In this document: positions 52,130 through 64,000 of the stretch, piece after piece
Numbering within the stretch: the first letter of the stretch is position 1
Layout: every line of letters starts with the position of its first letter
Source: Antedon mediterranea
Taxonomy: Eukaryota; Animalia; Echinodermata
Direction of reading: 5' to 3'
NCBI RefSeq assembly: GCF_964355755.1
Contig: NC_092674.1
Coordinates: 22,568,001 to 22,632,000, forward strand
DNA length: 64,000 nt
Program-made: the position numbers and the translations under genes
Notes under the pieces: model-generated
Told to the model about the DNA's origin: nothing
The model's database searches: none
Seen by the model: only the letters and a program-made list of their open reading frames with translations

Positions 52130-52750
52130 TAGATCTAGTTTCGGCCTAGTATAACAACCGGCGTTGGACAAATATTAGCACTTTTCAAATTTTTTTTGGA
52201 AAACGACCTTTTTGTTATTATGGACACTCCAGTTTTTTGTGACTGTCTATTTCGTTGCACCATGTCTACGGTTTTGTCGATGCTCATTACACTGAGGCTA
52301 GCTTGTGATGTTTCATGTGTTTGACCAATTGTTTTGGCTTTTGCCAGTGTAAGCTCGTCTCCTTCTTCTAAGCACTTTTCCTGCACTCGTGCATGCCACA
52401 GGAAAATTGCGTCTCGTAAACTTCGGCCTTCCTCTCCAAACCCACAAGCCTTAACAAGGACACGCAAATCGGTGACAAAGTTGTCAAAGCTTTTGCCATT
52501 TATTTGACTTCTGTTGTTAAATTCGACCGTTGCCTGGATCTCGTTTCCTTTTGGCTTTTTGTATACGCCTCGAATTTGGAAAAAACACCTTCAAGTGTGT
52601 CATTTCGGCTGGCTGGGCGGGGACGTCACCGCTTGCTGGAACAGATGGGTTCCATGTAAATATTAAGTAAATTTCTCGACCTTTCTCCCCAATGTATGTT
52701 TTTGAGTTTCATTTATCTCTGACAGCGGTTCCTTAAACGTAAACTTCAAT
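52130..52750 (-). mobile_element. Gypsy gag fragment
   Basis: YIGEKGREIY, EFNNRSQ..SFDNFVTDLRVLVKACGF..LRDAI..LTLAKAKTIGQTHE. Confidence 0.75.
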
Positions 52751-54109
52751 GTATACAATATCGCTTGTATATTGTTCTTCGTATTAGCATCCATGACAAT
52801 AGATAAAAATAATTAATTAGTTAGAGTTGAAGTAATTTAACTTTAACTTACCATCCGATTGGGCTCCATTTTCAAGTTGAATGCTTTTTTGAAATTTCTT
52901 CTTTGAAACGAACTAATCTGGATCTTAATTCGGGTTCCACATCATTCTCGAGCAAAGTTATATAATTGCGCCGTTGCAAAATTATTCCCTTGAACACTGT
53001 AATTATAATAACAATAAAATATATTTCAATAGAATATTAAATTATTTTGCTAGTTCATTAAATTCGTTTGTACAAACGACAATAGTAATGACTCAAAGAA
53101 CAAGATTGTCCCCATTTGATCGGATATTAATGACATGCCCTTGTCACCTTGTATGTTTTTGGTTAACATCAATGAATGATTATTATGAGTTATGGTATAA
53201 ATGTATTATTTACCATTCCATCCTAGGCAATTTACAAGTGACCTTCTCTACTATGTCTTGTCACTAGTTGCTTAATTAGCAGTTCTAGTGACTTAGCTAT
53301 AATGACGCCACCAATTCCATTCATCATGCGTTCGAGGGCTTACTAATAACGTGCGAATCATATCTAAAAAGAAATAGGAATCATCATTAAACTGCAGGCC
53401 TATATATTTCCTGTCCTGTATATTTAAATATAATGAGTCAATGGTAAATTTCCTTTTTTTTTCTTTTATTAAACACAAGAAGAAATAACCCCATTACCCC
53501 ACCCTCCACCTCATACCAAAGAGCAGTTAGTATTGCAAATTTGTGAAAAATGGTTTTTAGTAGACTGCCAATCAATGATTGTCCTATATTTATAATTGAA
53601 TATAAACGACTGAAATATATTTGTAAATACAATAACAAACTAGGTATACCCTGTTCTTCGCAGTACCAATACTGTACTTGCATAACTCATTGTTTTTTAA
53701 AATGGTCATATTGTATAGCAGGTCCTCATCATTTCATACAACTACGATGACATCAGAAATCAGCATTTCCTTTTCACATTTCTACAAAAAAAAGCATAGA
53801 AAAAATAGAATAAAAACAGTAACAAAACCAGTGCAGTCTTAAGTTCACTACTGTGTTACGGGATAATTGCATGTGTCTGGCTTCGGGTCAGTTAGATTTC
53901 AGTGTTTGAATATTGTTCGGCTGTATAATTTCTAAAGTAAACAGTTTGAATATTTTGTTCTGTTGTTTATATAAATCTATTAAAATGTTTCTTATTAAAG
54001 CCACATTGATAGGCCGTAAATAACTTATTTATTTTTAAATTTGAAAACCCGTCACTATAGAATGGATTAAAAATATATAAAACAATATAAAATATTTAAA
54101 ATAAACCAT

Positions 54110-54635
54110 AGGAGCATTTGCAGAGAATAGGGCATTGCTTACCAACAGAACGATCCACCTACAAACAAGAATGATGTTTCTTAATGGTCTAGTTAGGAGT
54201 AGACTCACCTATGGTTGCCATGCTTGGAGGGCAACAGGAAGTGAAATGTCCAAACTTAGCACAACATACAAAACCTTCCTAAGAAGAATGCTAGTGAATG
54301 GCTTTCAAAGAGTCTGCCCACCAAACCATGTAGACATATCCTCAGATGAAGAAACAGATGAAAACTATATAGACTGGCGTTACGTAATTGATAATGACGA
54401 TCTCTACAAAATTACTGGCTGTCAACCGCTAGAAGAATATGTCTACAAGCAACAATTCAACTGGATCGGACATGTAATTAGAAAAGAAAATGAAGATCCT
54501 ACAAAAATTCTTACTTTTCACACAACACAAAGTAAACGAAGAGGTCGGAAGATACCATCAGTACTTGATAGAGTTGTACAACAAAGTCAACTTACTAGAT
54601 GCAACTTCATTAATATATCAACTGGTGACTCTTGA
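54110..54635 (+). mobile_element. RTE-like LINE C-terminal fragment
   Basis: VRSRLTYGCHAW, FLRRML, QFNWIGHVIR, RRGR. Confidence 0.8.
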
Positions 54636-55030
54636 GGGTGACTTTGCTTTTGTTCCTCCAAAAACAGAGCGTCTTGACAATGCATGAATAAACTCGGTGG
54701 ATTTTCGCTTTTAGATAACTTCCCGATCAAAAGAAATGTATTAAAATGTTTTTATTATTATTTATTCAATATTTTAATTTCTATAAGGGATAAAGTAGCT
54801 TTGCATCGAACTGCATAATATTAAATTGTTTCAATTTTTTTTAAATTATTTTGGGGAACGGAATAAAAGATTTTTTTGTCATGAACATAATAATAGAGTA
54901 ATGTATCAGCAGTTTTCAATGTAAACATTCTAGAATTAGACTTTTGAAATCTAACAGAGTGGTACGCGGTTTTACAAAAATAGCACAATATAGCGGCTGA
55001 ATTCTATTAGTATTAACATAGTAACCTTAC

Positions 55031-55268
55031 TTGTTGTTAAAAAAAAAAGCCGAAGAGCAGAATCGGTTGTGTGCTCCGGAAATCTTTCGGTCGCTTCCTT
55101 CCAAGTCAGTACTTTAATAGTTTTCCAAGCATTTTCCCTGATTACCTTTATCTGCTTAATCGACCGTGCTTTATTTTCGACTTCTTTAATGGACATTGTT
55201 CCGTCTATTACAGATGAGAGTAATTCAAACTTGTCTTCTTCCGACAGGCCTTGTAGGTTCATGAAGAA
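55031..55268 (-). other. Orphan coding exon of unknown origin
   Basis: Acceptor ttctatag, open frame FFMNLQGLSEEDKFELLSSVIDGTMSIKE..TWKEATERFPEHTT, donor gtaagg. Confidence 0.45.
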
Positions 55269-55699
55269 CTATAGAATTGTAAAAAACGGTTTAATCACAA
55301 TACTGATAACTATAAAACGTTTCAATAAGGATTTAGGGGGTTCAGTATAAACATTTCTCTCGTGTGGATTGAAGAAAACAAAACAATCATATCATTTTTT
55401 AGTAGGCCATTTTTTTGTTTTAACAAAGTTATTAACCCCTGTAGAAAAAGGGACCTATTTTTTAATGTTTTTAAAATAAATTTGGCCTAATAGATCGTTT
55501 TTTAAAAAGTTACTTTAAAAAGTTGCTTTCCGGGTTTGGAATCGTTTACCGTTCCTACATTGTGTTGGGCAAACAGCTTGGTAACCTTTGTGTAGCATCG
55601 GTTCGTATACAGTGACACTTGGAACATCGGTTCCATGGACGATATTATCTGCAATACAACGTTATTATTTATTATTACTATCCTTATTTATTATTATTA

Positions 55700-56215
55700 A
55701 CCAGTACTTACTTGTTTACATGTTTCCGGACCTCAGCATTTGCTGGATCCGGAGTCGAGGCTATGCCTATAAACTCCTCTTGAAAATAACATAAAATCTC
55801 GAATACGGCGCAAATTTTAGAGGATGGTTGGACCATGCCTGTTCGAGACATGACTTAAATTGATTTGTTTATCTTGAAGATACTACTTCCTCCGGTAATG
55901 AATTCCATAGTATGATTGCTTTTCGACCAAACAAGTCTCTCATCCAATTTGTGGGTGAAAACTTACATTTTAATTTGAACGAATGACCACATGTTCTGAC
56001 ATCTTCATCAAGTTCACGAAAGTCCGCTGAAACATTATCCACTCCGTGTAAAATTTTAAAAATCTGAATCAAATGAGCTCTGTATGCCAGAGTAGGTAGG
56101 TTAGTGGCACGTTCCTTGACTTTTTCCAATAGATATTCCTCCTTATAACGTAGTAAATTAAACATTACATTATTGCAGGTTATAGGACGAATAATAGCTT
56201 TATATATACTTGCCC
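55700..56215 (-). mobile_element. CR1 LINE 3' fragment with 3' UTR stem-loop
   Basis: LPTLAYRAHLIQIFKILHG..TCGHSFKL..WNSLPEEVV; hairpin tccgga..cagc attt gctg..tccgga; short tandem tail. Confidence 0.85.
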
Positions 56216-56377
56216 ACAACAGTAACCTAACACTTTCATAACCTAAACGACTAACTTGTACCTCTTGGTTTCGCCTAGATATTATCTAGGATGATCAGTT
56301 ACTAGTGTTGTTCCGCCGTACCACGCCGAGAATGTTAAAGAGTCGTTATCCAATCGAGTTCGAACAATAACATGAAA

Positions 56378-56449
56378 GCCCCAGTGGTCTAATGGTTAGG
56401 ACATCTGCATATCAAGCAGGCGGTCCGAGTTCAAGTCTCGGTTGGGGCG
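56378..56449 (+). tRNA. Second copy of the repeat-borne tRNA-like sequence (anticodon ATC)
   Basis: Same as 20980-21051 except for T-loop TTCAAGT. Confidence 0.6.
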
Positions 56450-56690
56450 ACTTTTTCTCATTCTCACAGATTTCCTCATCTTTATCGTTTCAAATTAAGT
56501 AATTAAATTTCAGTATATCACCGGGCGGTTTAGAATTAATGTTCATTGCCTGATGTGTTTATATATATATATATATATAAACACATTAGGCAATGAACGT
56601 TAATTCGAAACCGCCCGATGATATACTGAAATTTAATTAATTAATTTGAAACGATAAAGATGAGGAAATCTGTGAGAATGAGAATATATG

Positions 56691-58527
56691 TGTGTGTTAA
56701 CAGGTGTACAGGATAAGTCAGGCGGATAACAACAATCACGATGCTCAGTAATAAATATGTCAAAGTATCTTTATTCTTTTCCCCTTCTTTCTTTAATTTT
56801 ACTATGGTAATGTGGAACTGAGGTTGAGGTTTAGAAACTTCTGAACCTTCCTAGTACACTTATAATCTTCTTTTATCTAGTAATAATATTATCTTAAAGT
56901 ATCTATCTAGTTTCCTTATGAAACTATACCTTGGATGTTTAGTTCACCTATAGAACTACGAAACCATCTTTAACACATGGTTATCGCCATCATTCCCAGA
57001 TCATGTGTCAAAGGTTATGGCTAGAGGGCTAATCTTAAATAATTATCTAGCGTCCTCATATATATGTATCTTAGAATTTTACACCGGCCCTCCTAATGCG
57101 AATAACATAAAATGAGCATTAGCAACTGCAAACAACAATCAGTAATCTTAATAATAATTAGTCTCGTTTAAAATTTTGTATCATCGTTAATTAAAATAGC
57201 GTAAGATTTACTTGTTAGCTATTATTAAGACATAAATAATTATGGAAAATCTGCTTCTAACAAATCACCAACTTGGTAATTAGTCTTTTCAGTTCAGATG
57301 TGCTTGTCTTGAGCTTCACTGCTCTAACATAACCTTTCTAATCGGGGTACACCTCAATCACTCTCCATTGGCCATTGTCCTCTTGGTGAGTTGTTGTCGC
57401 ATATCAACACAATTTCTCCTACCTTCACGTTTTTTTTTTCTCGTGAAACCATCTCTGTCGTTCCTGAAGTGTTACCAAATATTCATTGAACCAACGTCTC
57501 CAGAATAGATTTGTTAATACTGAATTTGTCTCCATCCTTTTACGAGTTCCTTTCTTTCGAACACGCCTGGTTCCATGGATGTTTGCTTGTTTCCCACAAG
57601 AAAGTGGTTAGGTGTTAATGGATCTTCATCTAATGGACTGTCTGATATAATTGTCAACGGTCTGCTATTGACAATTCCTTCAATTTCACAAAATACTGTT
57701 GGAAGTCCTTCGTCATCTAACTCCATTGGCTGCTCCTTCAGAACACTATATAAGACCTTCCAGACAGAATGAATCATTCTCTCCCATGTGCCACCGTAGT
57801 GTGAAGCGGAAGGCGAATTAAATTTCCAGTCTATATTTTGTCGGGGCATATTACTTTGGATTTTCTTTGGGTCGAGCTCCTTAATTGCCTTGTTCGGCAA
57901 ATTCTTGGCACCAATGAGGTTTGTGCTATTGTCTGACATATCATGCGTATTAGGCCTCCCCTTGCTGTAAAACGTCGAAGAGCATTGAGGTAACTAGTGG
58001 TCGTCAATTAGTGAGATACTTCCAAATGAATTGCTCTAGTTTTCAAGCAAGTAAATATTACTCCATATATCTTATGTGAGGTTCTTCCCCTTTTTATATC
58101 GGAGGGTCCAAAGTAATCCATTCCAGTATGTGAGAATGGGTTTTCACCAACAGTTACTCTACAACCCGGCAGGTCGGCCATTTTCTGGTTTTCCGCTCTT
58201 TTGTAGTACCTTCTACATAGTAGGCCTACGCATTTACTGACTAATTTTCTGGTAGCAGAGATCACTTGAGGTATCCAGTATTTTTTCCTCAGGTGCGTTA
58301 TGATTTGGTTTCTGCCACAATGGCCAAGATTTCTGTGCATTTCTTGTAATATTAACTGGGAAACTAAACATGAGAGTCCTTAGGCAGAATAATTTGGTGT
58401 TTAGAACTACGAAACCATCTTTAACACATGGTTATCACAATCATCCCCATATCATGTGTCAAAGTCTAGAGGGCTCATCTTAAATAATTATCTAGCGCCC
58501 TCATCTATAGTATCTTATAACTTTACA
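56691..58527 (-). mobile_element. BEL/Pao LTR element with 5-bp TSD ATATG; complete 3' LTR 56691-57083, truncated 5' LTR 58402-58527, only integrase retained
   Basis: TG..CA termini, ATATG at 56686-56690 and 58528-58532, PPT AGGAGGGCCGG next to the 3' LTR, integrase motifs H..GH..C, GMDYFGP, IHLE, SDN.TN, GGTWER, PLTPNHFL. Confidence 0.9.
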
Positions 58528-58732
58528 ATATGCATTATTTTTACAAAACGTCAAAAATTGCAGGTCTAGTGTCTTTAACAACAACATCGACACAAAAAGA
58601 GTACAGTAACTCCGATCTGCACCCCGCGAACGTGCATCAGTATGACGTCAGGAGCTCAGGCATGAATCATGAATATCCATGATATATGTACGCCCTTAAC
58701 CTAATAGAAAAAAAATAATGCGGGCGGAGACG

Positions 58733-58940
58733 CTATTTTTTTATTTTGCCTTGTATGTCAACAGCATTGAAAACTCATGAGATAAATTTTGCTAAGCACA
58801 CTTGACGTCACAGCAATTTACAGGAACGGCTGTGCGGTGAGCGCGCGTGGCGATATCTTCAATCTCTGTGTAAATGTTCTGAAATGATATGTACATCCCT
58901 AAATACGTTATCAAAATATGGTTCTCGATAACGTTGTCGT
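58733..58940 (-). repeat. Right arm of the diverged inverted repeat (GTTGTCGT-TTAA)
   Basis: tgacgtcacagcaatttac..aacggctgtgcgg..gcgcgcgtggcgatatctt..tacatcccta..tacgttatcaaaatatggttctcg is the inverse of 32181-32330. Confidence 0.8.
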
Positions 58941-59611
58941 TTAAGTTTACTGTGGGCTTACAAAATACAAATTCAGGGAACTTTTTTTTGTGTGTAGAGA
59001 ATATGTGGTTTTTTTTTCACGATGTCAAGAGCATAATATTGCTCGAGCTTAGGTAATTTAATTACTGTTAGTTGCCAAGCGGAAACGGTAATATAAGGCC
59101 TACAAGTGCATCAGCATGTGCTAAAGCTACGGAGTATTCATATTGTCTAGCTAGGGAATATGTTGTCCTCCGTGACATTGCTCTCATGGATGGCCCGAGG
59201 TTGTAAATTGTTGTTTGCCTATTTTAAGTTCTGTTGCAGACACCGATTTCAGGTTCATACCTACAGCTTAAATCATAATGTGAATCAAATCCTTAAACTG
59301 TGCAATGCAGAAATCATGTATGCAATTTAAGATTCACTGTCAATACTGGTTACGAGTTGACTCAATAAAATTACCTCTTAAATTGATCATGATAAGCTAC
59401 CGTCTTTCATTAAAAAAGAAACGAATAGTCGCACAAACTTTTAGCGCGTATGACGATTTTTTAAGGTGTTCTAAAAGCATGGCTTTTTCAATATTCCAGG
59501 AAAGTGTTTCATTAAATTAATATTTCGAAAAATAAAAACACTTTCTGATGACACAAACGCAGCCGATTCTCTGTACTGTATCTATTTCCGAAGTATATAT
59601 TTAGGAATATT

Positions 59612-59842
59612 TGGTAATATAACATCACATTTGTTTCACATGTATCTATAGAGTAACCTAACCATTAACCTAATCGTACATGATACAGGCAGCACATGTG
59701 ATGAGATACAGCATTGGAAATCGGGTGGTAATATAACATGACATTTGTTTCACATGTATCTATAGAGTAACCTAACCATTAACCTAATCGTACATGATAC
59801 AGGCAGCACATGTGGTGAGATACAGCATTGGAAATCGGGTGG
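59612..59842. repeat. Tandem duplication, 2 x ~114 bp
   Basis: ggtaatataacat..gtttcacatgtatctatagagtaacctaacc..gcattggaaatcgggtgg occurs twice. Confidence 0.88.
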
Positions 59843-60289
59843 CCAACGGAGGTCTCCTCGTTCCGGTTTATGCTGCAAACACATAACCGAGTAATAACCA
59901 TTACAAAAAATAATGTTCATATTTTTGGCAGAAGAATGGAGCAAACCTTATAGATATTGATATATATATATACATTAACTTTGTATGAAACAAAATGTAA
60001 TTTAAAGCAAAAATACTTAAATTAAATTAAAGTGAAAACTTTCACAGAAGTGAATAACTTTATTAAAACTGCAAAATGGCCAATGTATTCAAGTCTTATT
60101 TGATTAATCTTCATTTTTCATGGTTTAGGGGGACAACACATCTATAAAATAACGGTTAAACATTTGGGGGTTAGAAACCCATTTAACCGGATATCGCTGT
60201 GGAAGTTTTAGCTGGAATGCAAGAAAAAAAACCGTTCGAATTATCTTCGCTTACTACTGTTCGTACTAAATGTATTGAATTAGAAACAG

Positions 60290-61324
60290 GCTTTTAAATA
60301 TGTATGTTATAACAGAATTCTTCTCGGACTTTAATAGTGACTGTTCATCTTTACCTAAAGTTGTTTCTAAAATTAAGTGGGAGAAGGCATTGGATACTTT
60401 ATATGTTGATAAAGAGTGGGAAATTATTAATACCATGTTTTTCTCACTTACTATGTCCACACCACTAATCTGGTTTCAATATAAAATTGTGCATAGAATT
60501 TTAGGTAATAACTCCTTTTTGTATAAAATTGGGAAAATTGACTCACCTTTATGTGCTTTATGTAAAGCAGAAACAGAAACCTTAATACATATTTTTGCAC
60601 AATGCTGTGAAATTAAAATATTTTGGAGAAAGATTAAACAATGGTTGAAATCATATTTTAATATAAATGTAATTATCAACCCCGAATTATGCCTTTTAAA
60701 GCCCTAAATACTATTTTACTAATTTGTCGACACTACATATATAGCTGTAAAATGAGAAAAATTAAGCCCAATATTGCTCGATTCGTGAATGAGATTAAGT
60801 TACACGTTAAACAAGAAGAATTTATTTTGAAAACTAAAGGGGAGCATAATACTTACTTAAACAAATGGAGTCCTTTCTTGGAAAAACATGAACTTATTGA
60901 CTGGTAACTTTGCATTAAAAAAAAAAGGACTTAGTACTGTTTTTTATAATATGTTTTTTAATCCTGAATTATTTATACACTTTTATGATCTGTTTATTTA
61001 GTAAGTTATAACTATTTATTTGAATAAGAAAGTTTTATGTTTAATTAAATTATTTAGTTGAAATATGTTATAAAAGAAAAAATTGACAACAAATTATTTA
61101 TAGACTTTGTTTTTAAGAAAAAAGAAAAAGTAGATTTATATTTATTACATCATGAAATTATTTATAGTTTGTTCTTAAGAGAAATGTATATTATATATTA
61201 TTATTATTTAAAAAGTGTTATTATTTATATTGTGTATTACTATTAATAAGAAAGTGTTATTATTTTAAGCTATTTTTTAAATTTAAATATGAAAAAGTTC
61301 AATAAAAAAAAAAAAAAAAAAAAA
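60290..61324 (+). mobile_element. L1/Tx1-clade LINE, 5'-truncated, with 3' UTR and poly(A)
   Basis: KWE, WFQYKIVHRIL, CALCKAETETLIHIFAQC (zf-RVT), HYIYSCK..KW; AATAAA running into an A tract at 61301-61324. Confidence 0.88.
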
Positions 61325-64000
61325 CTGTAACCAAATGATTTACAAACATAACATAATTACATAACACTAATACTAACAGTATTGTGTTACAATCAGTGAG
61401 ACATCTGACAAGGATTTAAACTTAAGTTAAATTACCAAGATAGATAGAAAGGCTTTTGGAAAATTAAATCTTAAATCCGAAACTGTATCATCAATAAATC
61501 AACGATTCTTTGGAATCCTACCACATCACAATCAACTAACCATTCCGATACATCACCCTTGTCAGATTTTGCACAATGCATACAAATGATAAGCAAAGAT
61601 TACTGTTAAAAAGAAAGCTAATTTCACTACAATATAAAAGATAGTATACATATCCTATGATCGGTGGACATGTCATGCCATTTCAACCAATCACGTTTAC
61701 GAAATTACATAGGTTATAAAAGAAATATCGCCATGGAAAGAAATAACATTTGTTAATGAAATGAAAATAATTTTAAAAAAGGTTGACTTTTTTTTTTGTA
61801 TGTGGAGAAATTTAGCAAAGTTAAAAGTAATTTTAATATTGTTTCTTTGTTATTACCATGTTTATTTTTTTTGTAGATTGTGCATTGAACATTAAAATAG
61901 AATTTAAGAAAAATAAAACCTCCATATGGGCTGCAATTGAGAGACTAACTAGATTAAGTTGATTGTTTAAATTAATATTTACAGTACTGTCCTGAATTGA
62001 TTAACTTTATTAAAAATGCAAAATTGCCTATCCAAAGTGTTTGTTTTAATTAATTTTAATTGTTCATGTTTTTGGAGGACAATACATCTTTAAGTGCATT
62101 TTCCAAACGATTAGTTGATAATAGGTGTTTCAACAACATGAATACATAACGACGAAGCCAATATGGAACATTTGATTTGCGATGACCAGGTCCGTGAACG
62201 GTGAGAAAGCACGAACTTCTTTTCATGTATTTTGACTGTAGAAGAAGAATTTACCAGAAAAATAGATAATTATTTACCCGACACATACTGCTATTCAAAT
62301 GCTATTCGAATATGTTTACTTTTGAGGAAATTCGTTTTGAGATACAAAATACATTGTTGTAACATAATAAAAAAATAAGTACTTTCATAGGCCCAAATGT
62401 ATACAAAATAAATATTAAAACTGTAAAAATGGCTTATTTAATGTATGAATTTATTAATCTGAAATGTTCGCGTCTTTTGTGCAATACAATACAATTAATT
62501 ATCCTATAATTGGCCCTTGGCTGTTGAATGGAATTGAAATTATAAATAAATATAGGCCTACCGGAAAATAAAGAAAGAAGTTGAGACACCGAGTCGTACA
62601 TTGTGGACATTTACCAGACCTTAATTATTTAATTTGTTGATAATCGTTTATTCAAAACTAAAGATACACGTCACCTCCCCGATATTGGATCCAGACAATT
62701 TTCAAATGTCGTTCATAACCTTCCCGGTAAAAATAAACGAAAAAATGCTTAAACTGTTTTGATATTATGTTAGCATTATCTAAAGTGTAAGAATAATAGG
62801 AATTAATTAATGTATAAACGTGTAGTAACAAGTAGTGTGTAGGCCTACAACTACTGTAAATAAAGTGATCGATATTTACAATTGAAAACGAGTGTTCTTA
62901 TATACCTAGGCATATATTTATATATTATATATTGTATACATTTTAAGTTACAGTTATATTGAACAATATAAAGCAGGCCGCGAAAGCTGAAAATTCGCAA
63001 TTATGTAACGATAGAGAAAAAAATCAAGTTCGGTGTTGTTGACAAGAAAAAGAGAAAAGTGGCTCTCGTGAACGAAATTTTAAAATTACTGTACAATCAG
63101 CAGAGCCTATGATATTTACAATTTCAGTCATCCAAATGTCAGAATGTACCATCGTAGACATTTGAACGTGGTTAACGCTTTCTATTGACGTCAGAATCAA
63201 TTTAGCTGCCTGTGTTATGTCTATACCTGATGAAAACAGAGCCTTGGCTGATGCTGTATGTAATTGTTATTACCTGTGTTTAGTGCGCAAAGGCAGGTTC
63301 ACACAGGAGTAAGGTTTTTTTTTTAATTTAAAAGCCTATAGTTCTCATTAGTACTGTAGCTCTCCGCCTGAAGTTAAGGGGTTTGTTAAATACTTTTGTT
63401 AAAAATAGCAATATCAACGGACTCGTTTCCAATAGACATATTTCTAGGTTGGTTTTAAACATCTTCGATTCTTAACCGTCTTCAAAGTTTGGATCTAACC
63501 TTCTAGTTTAGCCGTCTTTTTTCGCTTCATCGCCAGTTTTACCCTTTTTTAAGTTGGGATCTAAGCACTTTTTTGTGCCTAGTTTGGAATCTAGCTAACT
63601 TTTCTTAAAATGCAACATTTTTAGTCTTTTTTAAACTATCTTAAATGTTGAATAATGTTAATTGAATTATCTTCTTTCTACATCGATGCAACAAACATAC
63701 TTTTAACATTATAGTTCGCATGTTAGTATTGTTCCCTTTGACAAGTATTCCTATAAATAGAACATTTCTTAAAAGCAAGATTTATGTTTGAGTCACGCTG
63801 TAGACCACGTTGTGATTTCCGCCAGCTTATGAATAGTATACATTCTCCATTCTGACAAGCAAATACCAATTTGTCATTCACATTTAAATGCATTATAACC
63901 CCATAGCGTCATTTAGGAACACGCTAAAATACAGCAAATTACCTGCACGAACTCATTTAGCAATTTCCCGTCACTTTAGGCAGAAACGACAGTACGTCTC

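Noticed and set aside
53480-53760. Possible L1/Tx1 fragment on the - strand
   Set aside because: Too degenerate to support a call by eye.
61330-64000. Possible gene or exons at the right end
   Set aside because: No ORF or exon chain is recognisable; it appears to be AT-rich intergenic DNA with MITE remnants.

Overview
AT-rich animal genomic DNA with spliceosomal introns (invertebrate-type repeat content; the species cannot be determined from sequence alone). The left half (1-31 kb) has three + strand multi-exon genes: the 3' part of a GH27 alpha-galactosidase/alpha-N-acetylgalactosaminidase, a complete M14A metallocarboxypeptidase with several atypical features, and an ERICH1-like gene. Their introns carry MITEs, a tRNA-containing repeat and a minimal hammerhead ribozyme. 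The right half (32.2-58.9 kb) has no recognisable host gene. It is a mosaic of about 20 short, abutting, internally deleted fragments of unrelated transposons (BEL/Pao, Gypsy, CR1/L2, RTE, Sola-like, Zator-like), almost all on the - strand. The block is bracketed by a diverged ~200-bp inverted repeat pair with TTAA just outside each end. This layout suggests a uni-strand, flamenco-like piRNA cluster, possibly built inside a Kolobok-like DNA transposon shell. All calls were made by eye, with no database searches or alignments.
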